Positions 1 through 6,378 of a stretch of 41,757 bases of DNA are shown one piece after another. Made by a program: the position numbers and the translations under genes. The number at the start of each line of letters is the position of its first letter. The first letter of the stretch is position 1. A model generated the notes under the pieces. The model had not been told where the DNA came from, did not search any database, and saw only the letters and a program-made list of their open reading frames with translations. The DNA comes from a virus (Duplodnaviria; Caudoviricetes), in the IMG/VR virus record IMGVR_UViG_3300020148_000042, positions 1 through 41,757 of that record; one strand, 5' to 3'.

Positions 1-258
1 GAGCAGCCCGAGCAGTCCGAGCAGCGCGAGCAGCGCGAGCAGTACGAGCAGTCCGAGCAGTCCGAGCAGCCCGAGCAGTCCGAGCAGCCCGAGCAGACCG
101 AGCAGTCCGAGCAGCGCGAGCAGTCCGAGCAGTACGAGCAGACCGAGCAGTCCGAGCAGCGCGAGCAGCGCGAGCAGCGCGAGCAGCGCGAGCAGTCCGA
201 GCAGTCCGAGCAGCGCGAGCAGTCCGAGCAGCCCGAGCAGTCCGAGCAGCCCGAGCAG
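1..258. repeat. Tandem 9-bp repeat GAGCAGnnC, 28 full units plus a partial, truncated by the window edge
   Basis: Units gagcagccc/gagcagtcc/gagcagcgc/gagcagtac/gagcagacc are in register from position 1; the minus strand reads TGC TCG NNC. Confidence 0.97.
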
Positions 259-389
259 TTGACGCAATCGCGACAATCTTCAAGGCTTTCGAGGCCCTCT
301 CTGGCGCGCTCCTCGGAGCCCCAGTAGGCGATGCTGTTGCGATTGCCGGCATCGTCGATAAGCCAGCCGTCTTCGTTCCTGATGGTCAC
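1..389 (-). CDS. Cys-rich (C-S-x)n repeat protein, 3' end outside the window (missing from the ORF track)
   Basis: GGAGG then GTG at 389; translates MTIRNEDGWLIDDAGNRNSIAYWGSEERAREGLESLEDCRDCVNCSGCSDCSGCSDCSR..., open to position 1. Confidence 0.85.
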   Translation of the reverse strand, partial: MTIRNEDGWLIDDAGNRNSIAYWGSEERAREGLESLEDCRDCVNCSGCSDCSGCSDCSRCSDCSDCSRCSRCSRCSRCSDCSVCSYCSDCSRCSDCSVCSGCSDCSGCSDCSDCSYCSRCSRCSDCSGC

Positions 390-390
390 G

Positions 391-786
391 TCAAAGTCCT
401 CCGTAGCGGAGCCAGTCCGCGATGATGAAAAGGATGGCTGCCGAGTGAGCGGGCCCGCGCGAGGTGCGCCCGTGGCGCTCGCGGTCGTCGGCATTGTCCT
501 TCCTCGTCCCCCAACGGAGGTTGGATGCGGTGTTGTTCAGGCGGTTGCCGTCGATATGGCAAACTTCATGCTGGTCGGACGGTCGTGCGCCCAAGAAGCG
601 CTCAGCGACGAGCCGATGAACAGGAAGGTGCTTGCGCCTCCCATCGACCACAATCCGCACGGACGGATAGCCTGAGGCATTCAGCGTCTGCTGTAGCTTG
701 CGTCGCGCCTGTCCGCGCCACCCGGTCGTGGAGTAGACGCAGCCATCGGCTGTCGCCTCGTAGCTGTGCTTGCTCTCGCCCATCAC
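391..786 (-). CDS. HNH endonuclease (phage NUMOD4/HNH_3-like)
   Basis: Motif VHRLVAERF...VCHIDGNRLNNTASNLRWGTRKDN. Confidence 0.9.
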   Translation of the reverse strand: MMGESKHSYEATADGCVYSTTGWRGQARRKLQQTLNASGYPSVRIVVDGRRKHLPVHRLVAERFLGARPSDQHEVCHIDGNRLNNTASNLRWGTRKDNADDRERHGRTSRGPAHSAAILFIIADWLRYGGL

Positions 787-1103
787 GCAGCACTCCGCTG
801 GTCGTCAGCGCGATTGGCGAGGGCTTCGGCGTGGGTCAGCGGGAACTCGATGTGATCGCCCGCCAGATGGCAGCGGTCGAACGGCGGATCGTCGTGCAAG
901 CCGGCATGATGCGCGTCCAGCACGATGTCCTCGGTGACGACGCGGATGCTGCCGGCGCCGTCGCGGATCACTTCGTCCAGATCGAAGGCGAAAATGACAG
1001 CGCCCGGATCGGCGTAGACCGACGCCTTCACGACGCCATCGTGGTCGTAGATTTCGCCGTCCATGATCTGTCGGTTTTCGAGGATGAGGTATTGGGTGGA
1101 CAT
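783..1103 (-). CDS. Hypothetical phage early protein
   Basis: GGAGG RBS; ATGA-type overlap with the HNH gene; lies in the PL operon. Confidence 0.7.
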   Translation of the reverse strand: MSTQYLILENRQIMDGEIYDHDGVVKASVYADPGAVIFAFDLDEVIRDGAGSIRVVTEDIVLDAHHAGLHDDPPFDRCHLAGDHIEFPLTHAEALANRADDQRSAA

Positions 1104-1166
1104 TGGTCCCTCCTGAGCTTCCTGTGCTGCCCACGACGAACGCGGGCAGGGCGGGAGGCTCAGGGG

Positions 1167-1373
1167 TCACATGTCAGCGTGCGCGTATGCGCTGCGCTCA
1201 ACCGCGGCGATGCCGGCATGCAGACCGTCGCCGCGCTCGGCATGCGAGCGGATCATCACGAATGCGCTACGCATGTCTTCGCGAGGCGAATAGTCGCCGA
1301 GGTGTGCGTTGGGCCAGTAGTCCATCGCCAGCTTCACTGCGCGGCGAATGTCGGTGCGGGTGTTTAGGTCCAT
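1167..1373 (-). CDS. Hypothetical protein, first gene of the leftward early operon
   Basis: Strong GGAGGAAG RBS just downstream of the PL promoter. Confidence 0.75.
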   Translation of the reverse strand: MDLNTRTDIRRAVKLAMDYWPNAHLGDYSPREDMRSAFVMIRSHAERGDGLHAGIAAVERSAYAHADM

Positions 1374-1415
1374 CTGTCTTCCTCCATCTCCGGCTCAGCC
1401 GGTTGCGATGAGGCG

Positions 1416-1459
1416 ACCGTACAAAACGTACGACATAACGTCAAGTACAAAATGTACGA
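1416..1459 (-). promoter_or_regulatory. PL promoter with two repressor operators (OL)
   Basis: Minus strand TTGACG(1444-1439)-N17-TACGGT(1421-1416); operators GTACAAAACGTAC (1419-1431) and GTACAAAATGTAC (1445-1457) match the sites at 4273-4342. Confidence 0.85.
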
Positions 1460-1523
1460 AATCTTTTGCCCCTCCCGAATCGCCGTGCTACAGAGAGGTG
1501 TCACCGCAGGGATGCTGGAGACG

Positions 1524-1552
1524 ACAAAGCCCCCGGTCTTGCGACCGAGGGC
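1524..1552 (-). terminator. Intrinsic terminator-like hairpin insulating PL from the upstream island
   Basis: Minus strand GCCCTCGGTC-GCAA-GACCGGGGGC followed by TTTGT. Confidence 0.6.
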
Positions 1553-1600
1553 CCGTGCATCAGATGAGGAGCGCCGCCCTGGTGGGCGACGCTCCGGCTG

Positions 1601-1702
1601 TCAGAACAAGACGCGGAGAATGGCCGCGAGCCCAAAAAGGCATAGGGCCAAATCCACGTTGACCCTGACAACCAAGAGTCGAGGTTTCTTGTGCTTGCGC
1701 AT
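1601..1702 (-). CDS. 33-aa basic/hydrophobic membrane peptide (type I toxin-like)
   Basis: GAGGGAG RBS then ATG at 1702: MRKHKKPRLLVVRVNVDLALCLFGLAAILRVLF; flanked by many hairpins. Confidence 0.6.
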   Translation of the reverse strand: MRKHKKPRLLVVRVNVDLALCLFGLAAILRVLF

Positions 1703-2065
1703 CAAAAACTCCCTCGGCTCGTCGCGCGACGAGACCGTAAGGTTTCGTCGGTGAGCGCAGCGGAGAGCGGATAAGCCGCCGTTCACCGCCATTACCGGCC
1801 CGCCATCGGCTGCTCGAGACAGCCTTTGGCGGGTCCCACGTGCCTCGGGCTGGTCAGGCGGCTTGGTGCGTATGAGGCACTGCCGTCTGGGCCCGCGTGG
1901 GCCGCGACGTGTTCCCTGCCGGAGTGGCCAGGTAGGCATACCCAGGTCCGGATAGGGCGCCGCGGTGAGGAAACGCTAGCGCAAATCGCTCGGAGCAGAA
2001 AGCCGCGCCCTCATCCGCTCGACTCTTGGTGCTGTGCGTCGAATAGTGTCCCGAGGGGGACTACA

Positions 2066-2689
2066 ATGGCGCGCCGCCCGGCAGGATGCTTGGGATGGAT
2101 TGTCGTGCTGGTGATCGGGGCCGGTATCGTAGGCAGCCTCAATCACCGGGAGACGGCCGATGCACCACGCAGCTCAACCACCGCCTCGTCGCCCGGCGCA
2201 TCTAATCGACAGGCCGTCGAGACCCGCGTGCTTTACGTCACCGCCTCCAGCCTGAATGTCCGAGCGCAGCCAGAGACAGGCGCTGCCGTTCTCCTGTCGG
2301 CGCCCCGTGGCACGCCGGTGATCGCTATCCGCCAAGTCTCAGGCTGGTACGAGGTCCATCTCAACAACGGTTCCACGGGATGGATGAGCGCGGACTATCT
2401 CTCCGACCAGGCGCCGACCCCGCCTCGAGCGACGGAAGCCCAGCCTGCGCAGCGGTTTGTCCAGCAGCAGCCGTCCTATGATCGGAATGCGGTGATCCGG
2501 GCGATCCTGACCCTCAGCCGCCGGAGCTATTCCGGGAGCTGCGCGTGTCCTGATGATCGGGATAGGGCAGGGCGCCGATGCGGGGCTCGCAGCGCCTATT
2601 CCAAGCCGGGAGGAGCTTCGCCGCTCTGCTACGCTGGCGATGTGACGCAGCGGATGATCGACGACTATCTGGCGCGGCAGGGGCGATGA
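2066..2689 (+). CDS. Membrane-anchored SH3b-domain protein with a Cys-rich C-terminal domain (moron)
   Basis: GAGGGGG RBS, ATG 2066; N-terminal TM (GCLGWIVVLVIGAGIVG); SH3b motif YVTASSLNVRAQP...GWYEV...GWMSADYL; C-terminal GSCACPDD...CGARSAYSKPGGASPLCY. Confidence 0.85.
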   Translation: MARRPAGCLGWIVVLVIGAGIVGSLNHRETADAPRSSTTASSPGASNRQAVETRVLYVTASSLNVRAQPETGAAVLLSAPRGTPVIAIRQVSGWYEVHLNNGSTGWMSADYLSDQAPTPPRATEAQPAQRFVQQQPSYDRNAVIRAILTLSRRSYSGSCACPDDRDRAGRRCGARSAYSKPGGASPLCYAGDVTQRMIDDYLARQGR

Positions 2690-2856
2690 AAACGCCGACG
2701 CGTGGCCCGGCTGGCGGGCCCTTTCAAGCAGCGCAACCCCCCGAATGGCGCCACCTGTGGAGAACCTTGTATATGCGGGAACCCCCTTGACAGGGGAAAA
2801 CTAATTCACTTCGGACGGTAGAAAAATCGGTTGGGAAAAACTATTTTAGCGACACA

Positions 2857-2917
2857 AATGGATCGGGAATGCTCGATCGGCGCTGCGGCCCTGGGGAAAC
2901 TCGGGGCCCTTCGCTTT
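2857..2917 (-). ncRNA. Putative DUF3800-associated structured RNA directly 3' of the DUF3800 stop codon
   Basis: Minus strand AAAGCGAAG-GGCCC(cgagtttcccca)GGGCC-GCAGCGCC-GATCG(agcattcc)CGATC-CA, two hairpins; DUF3800 genes are known to be associated with conserved RNA motifs. Confidence 0.6.
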
Positions 2918-3658
2918 TCAGGGGAACACCTTCAGGCCATAGCCGCGTGTCTGGCCGCTCGGGCTGCGCCGGATTCTCGGCTCGATGAGATCATAGGCTC
3001 GATTAGGCTGCTTCGGATCAACGCAGTGCCGCCCGATGGGGTATGCAACAAGGTCCGCCACCTGCAGGCCCGTCGAATTGTTCTTCTTGTCCATGAAGCG
3101 GATATCGAGGTCGGGCATCTTCGTCCCGGCGTAGTTCGCGCCGTCGGCGATTCGGCGGAACTGCAGCTCAAGTGCGTCGTCTTCCGGCTTCCCTCTGCGC
3201 TCCACAACAACATGAGTGCTGACGCCGTGCTGCCCATGGTCTGCGAGCCAGCGGTCGAGACGTTCCATGCAGAACTCCAGCGCGATTTCGTAGGGGTTGC
3301 TTGGATCAAAGTACTTGCGGACGTGCCGAGGCTTGTCGATCACGGCGGCAATGATCGTCATCGGCATTGCGGCCATCAGGTCATTCACTCGTCTCATGAA
3401 ATCGGCTCGCACCGCTGCATTTAGCAGGATGTTGAAGTCGCCATGCGCCTTGCGGATTTCGTGGTTGTGGAGCACCACGCCGTCGTGGCCCCAGAAGTCG
3501 AACTTCAAACGCTGGACCTCGGGAACGATGTGAAGGCGGTAGTCTTCCTTGGCGAAAATGCAAAACGCCAGCACGAACACTGGGTTCTTCGGGTTGATGC
3601 TCGTCAGGTTGTGATCGCCGCTTTCGTCGACGTAGACGAGGTAATCTCCGAACGGCAC
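2918..3658 (-). CDS. DUF3800 family protein
   Basis: N-terminal YLVYVDESGD and C-terminal GLQVADLVAYPIGR...GYGLKVFP signatures. Confidence 0.9.
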   Translation of the reverse strand: MPFGDYLVYVDESGDHNLTSINPKNPVFVLAFCIFAKEDYRLHIVPEVQRLKFDFWGHDGVVLHNHEIRKAHGDFNILLNAAVRADFMRRVNDLMAAMPMTIIAAVIDKPRHVRKYFDPSNPYEIALEFCMERLDRWLADHGQHGVSTHVVVERRGKPEDDALELQFRRIADGANYAGTKMPDLDIRFMDKKNNSTGLQVADLVAYPIGRHCVDPKQPNRAYDLIEPRIRRSPSGQTRGYGLKVFP

Positions 3659-3761
3659 TGCCGCTACTCCATCTCCCGTTTCATGGCTTGGTCTCGCGTC
3701 TAGGCAACGATCACGATCAGCTCAAAAAGACGCTCTCGCAAGAGGTTAGCTCACCGCCGTG

Positions 3762-3783
3762 CAACAGGAATATATTCCTGTTG
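3762..3783. promoter_or_regulatory. Perfect 22-bp palindrome between back-to-back -35 elements
   Basis: CAACAGGAATA|TATTCCTGTTG; overlaps TTGACG (+, 3781-3786) and TTGCAC (-, 3764-3759). Confidence 0.65.
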
Positions 3784-3827
3784 ACGAGGACAGGATGCCT
3801 ATGGGTAAATGGGAACATAATGAGAAC
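3781..3827 (+). promoter_or_regulatory. Rightward promoter with an alphaproteobacterial LexA (SOS) box, antisense to the repressor gene
   Basis: TTGACG at 3781, GTAAAT at 3805-3810, GAAC-ATAATGA-GAAC at 3813-3827 (GAAC-N7-GAAC). Confidence 0.75.
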
Positions 3828-3843
3828 ATTTGAGGGGGCGAGG

Positions 3844-4077
3844 GTGAGTGCGTACGTTGACATCATCTCGCTTTGGCTACGGGCTTCCGGGCCTGACCGC
3901 GAGGTGATTTTGCAGGAGCTGCGGACGAGATACGCGCAGACAGCTGCTCATACAGGGCCCGCGCATCAGCCTCGCTTAAGGTCGCCGCTAGAGCACTTAC
4001 TTCTGCAAACTGTGATCGCGGAGCGGGTGCCTCTGCATCCTCGCTGTCAACACCGTAGAGAAGCCACCCAGGCGTAA
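3844..4077 (+). CDS. Candidate SOS-induced antirepressor ORF, overlapping the repressor gene antisense
   Basis: G-rich RBS and GTG at 3844 directly after the LexA box; 77 aa, MSAYVDIISLWLRASGPDREVILQELRTRY... Confidence 0.45.
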   Translation: MSAYVDIISLWLRASGPDREVILQELRTRYAQTAAHTGPAHQPRLRSPLEHLLLQTVIAERVPLHPRCQHRREATQA

Positions 4078-4270
4078 CGTTGAATGCCTTCGCGTATTTT
4101 CTAGCGGCCGGTTTGGAAATATCTCGGTTGCCGTTCATATTGCTGATGAACAGGTCTTTCCCGACCCCAAGCGCCTTCCGGTGCAGGTTCCAGACTTCCG
4201 TTGGAGACGTGAGCCCCGTGGCGGCTAGCACGGCTTTCTTGAGTCGGTCTTTGGGCAGGTCGGTCATCAT
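3863..4270 (-). CDS. CI-like HTH repressor lacking an S24 autoprotease domain
   Basis: XRE-like N-terminus (DRLKKA...NGNRDISKPAARKYAKAFNVTPGWLLYG); divergent from the cro-like gene across three operators; only 135 aa. Confidence 0.85.
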   Translation of the reverse strand: MMTDLPKDRLKKAVLAATGLTSPTEVWNLHRKALGVGKDLFISNMNGNRDISKPAARKYAKAFNVTPGWLLYGVDSEDAEAPAPRSQFAEVSALAATLSEADARALYEQLSARISSAAPAKSPRGQARKPVAKAR

Positions 4271-4345
4271 TCGTACAAGATGACCGAGACGTATCGTTCA
4301 AAGTGTACGATTTCGCTTGTGCTAGTGTCGTACGTTTTGTACGTT
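4271..4345. promoter_or_regulatory. OR region: three operators and the PR promoter
   Basis: GTACAAGATGACC (4273), GTTCAAAGTGTAC (4296), GTACGTTTTGTAC (4330; exact reverse complement of the 1419 site); PR TTGTGC(4317)-N17-TACGTT(4340). Confidence 0.85.
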
Positions 4346-4352
4346 GCGCACC

Positions 4353-4592
4353 ATGAGCGATGCACCGACCTCAATTTCAGATCTGATCTCCAGATGGCCG
4401 ACCATCGGCGAATACGCCGCGGCGGTCGGCTGCGGCTATGAGGCCGCGCGCAAGATGCGCGACCGAGAGAGTATCGCTCCAGAGCATTGGCCGGCGGTTG
4501 TCGCCGCGGCTGCTCGGTGCGGTGTAGCGGGCGTCACTCTTGACTGGCTCGCCGCTCGCCGCGCCCCCGAAAAGACGGAGGCCGCCGCATGA
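4353..4592 (+). CDS. Cro-like protein, probably translated from a leaderless mRNA
   Basis: SISDLISRWPTIGEYAAAVGCGYEAARKMRDRESIAPEHW is typical of phage Cro-like HTHs; ATG 7 nt after the -10. Confidence 0.85.
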   Translation: MSDAPTSISDLISRWPTIGEYAAAVGCGYEAARKMRDRESIAPEHWPAVVAAAARCGVAGVTLDWLAARRAPEKTEAAA

Positions 4593-5030
4593 ACTGGGCA
4601 GGCACTCCCATCGAGCATCAGGGCCTCGTCTCGTGACGCTGTGCCCTTCCATCACTCCCGCGCGGGCCGACCTCCCTCGCCGCGCCACCTGCCGGGGCTC
4701 TGACGCGCCTCGGCCTCTCTATCCTCCCCTTGCTCGCGTGGGCTTCGTCTCCCCCGCTGAGCACCGGCGACGGGGCAGGGCGGATTTCCTCCCTCGCGCC
4801 TGTCCCGTCGCCATCCCTTTCCCGGCCGGCATTGTCGATCTCGATGCAATTGCCGATTTTCGTGCGCGCATCGCCGCTGGGCTGACACCCGGTCAAGCGG
4901 CTGCGGTCGTATCCGATACTGCACATCAGGTCTGCCAGGACTTCGGAGATGTGCCGCATCGCCATTCGCTCAAACGTCCTTCGTCACGGTTCGGTCGACC
5001 AACCGATCATGACGCGAAGGACGATGAAGC

Positions 5031-5423
5031 ATGTTCACAAATTCAATGGATGAGGTTCACGCCATGTCTGTAGAGGCTGCGTACGACTACGCCTCTGCGC
5101 TCGTTGAGATGGAAGGGCGAGGCTCCGACACGGATGCCGCCCTGCATCGGCTGGAACAGCGATACGGGCTGTCTCCAAATCAGGTGCAGCACCTACGCTG
5201 CCGACGGGCAAAGGCCTGCGACGTGAGCCTCTTTGCGCGGCTGAGAGGTGCATATCTGGACGTGTGCGAGAGGCAGATCGCACGGCTCCAGCACGCCCTC
5301 GAAATTGAGAGGTTGTCGGGGGATGATACTGGTCAGGATTTGGCTGATCGCCTTAGCGCATTGGCTCAGGAGGTTGAGGCGCGGAAGGCGGCGCGCCGAG
5401 CAATCCCGCGGCGGGAGGGCTGA
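5031..5423 (+). CDS. Phage regulatory protein in the CII position
   Basis: AAGGA RBS; helical HTH-like N-terminal half plus coiled coil; synteny after cro. Confidence 0.7.
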   Translation: MFTNSMDEVHAMSVEAAYDYASALVEMEGRGSDTDAALHRLEQRYGLSPNQVQHLRCRRAKACDVSLFARLRGAYLDVCERQIARLQHALEIERLSGDDTGQDLADRLSALAQEVEARKAARRAIPRREG

Positions 5424-5426
5424 GCC

Positions 5427-5588
5427 ATGACCTCCTCCATCCCACGCGCTCACGTCAAGCGCCTCAGCCCCGCATTCGACCGCCGCAAGAGGCTTGGCCC
5501 CGTTACACGCCCACAAGCTGTAGCTCGTCTCAACGTCGATGCTGAGCTTGCTCGTGCAGCTCAGATCGCAGCTCTGAGGAGGCGGTGA
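5427..5588 (+). CDS. Small basic hypothetical protein (53 aa)
   Basis: GGAGG RBS, ATG 5427, MTSSIPRAHVKRLSPAFDRRKRLGP...; fills the operon gap. Confidence 0.5.
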   Translation: MTSSIPRAHVKRLSPAFDRRKRLGPVTRPQAVARLNVDAELARAAQIAALRRR

Positions 5589-5660
5589 TGACGGACCAGT
5601 CTCTATTCGGAAGCGCCCTGGCCGATATCGCTGCCGGCCCTGTTATCGGGGGGGGTGGGC

Positions 5661-5849
5661 GTGAGCCTCACCGAAGCTCTGCTGCGCCGGCTCCACGAGA
5701 AGGGGCTGACCCTCGAACAGTGCGCCGACCGAAGGATCATGAACCGCGCGCCGGCGACGCTCAAGGCATACGCGCGCCGGTTCGATCTGGCCTTCCCGGA
5801 CTACGTGCCGCGCAAGCGCCGTCCGAAGAAGGGCGCCGCTGATGCTTGA
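5661..5849 (+). CDS. Small HTH-like protein
   Basis: LLRRLHEKGLTLEQCA...TLKAYARRFDL; overlaps the start of the next gene. Confidence 0.6.
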   Translation: MSLTEALLRRLHEKGLTLEQCADRRIMNRAPATLKAYARRFDLAFPDYVPRKRRPKKGAADA

Positions 5850-6378
5850 TCGCAACGATACCTCCGAAGCCCGCATATCGACCGCGCCAGTCCGCGACGG
5901 ATTCGCGGCCCACTATGCTGCGGTAAATGCCCGGCTGATGAGCGGGAAGCCACCGGCGCCCAAGCCGGTGCCGCCCCGGCCCGTCTCGCCATTCGTGCGC
6001 GAACGCCAGCGGGTCGCGCGCACCGAGCGCATGAAGCAGCACATGGGGGAGGTGCGGTCACCGCACAAGCTGTTCTCTGCCCCGATCATCGAAGTCGATG
6101 CGAACGGCCATCCGATAGACCCGGAACGCACGCCGGCATGGAAGCGCATAGCGCGCGAGGTTTGTCTAAAACATCAAGTGTCGATGGCCGAGCTGCTGTC
6201 GATGCGTCGGTCTCAGTTCCTCTGCCTCGCCCGCTACGAAGCCTTCTGGCGTTGCCGGGAGGAAACCACGATGTCGCTGCCGCAGATCGGCTACCGCTTC
6301 GGCGGGCGCGACCACACTACGGTGCTGCATGGCATCCGTCGCCATGAGGAACGGATGCGGGAGGCTCAACGGGCATGA
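5842..6378 (+). CDS. Phage protein with a DnaA C-terminal (domain IV) DNA-binding domain
   Basis: MSLPQIGYRFGGRDHTTVLHGIRR, the DnaA signature. Confidence 0.9.
   Translation: MLDRNDTSEARISTAPVRDGFAAHYAAVNARLMSGKPPAPKPVPPRPVSPFVRERQRVARTERMKQHMGEVRSPHKLFSAPIIEVDANGHPIDPERTPAWKRIAREVCLKHQVSMAELLSMRRSQFLCLARYEAFWRCREETTMSLPQIGYRFGGRDHTTVLHGIRRHEERMREAQRA

Noticed and set aside
1-258. Repeat array as a CRISPR array or DGR variable region
   Set aside because: The period is only 9 bp with no spacers, it is in frame as Cys-Ser-X, variation is not adenine-specific, and no cas or reverse transcriptase gene is in the window
1826-2065. N-terminal extension of the SH3 protein given in the ORF track
   Set aside because: RBS and TM anchor indicate the start is ATG 2066; the upstream part overlaps the structured non-coding region
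2783-2796. TTGACA inside a CCCCT/AGGGG hairpin as an antisense promoter to DUF3800
   Set aside because: No convincing -10 at 16-18 bp spacing; it may simply be a hairpin between convergent genes
4618-4965. Minus-strand 115-aa ORF (MAMRHISEVLADLM...) between cro and the CII-position gene
   Set aside because: It could be a real small gene, but most of it is low complexity and it has no recognisable domain; not supportable either way
5648-5655. G8 homopolymer as a phase-variation switch
   Set aside because: Short tract in GC-rich DNA that plausibly serves as the RBS of the 5661 gene; no clearly broken reading frame
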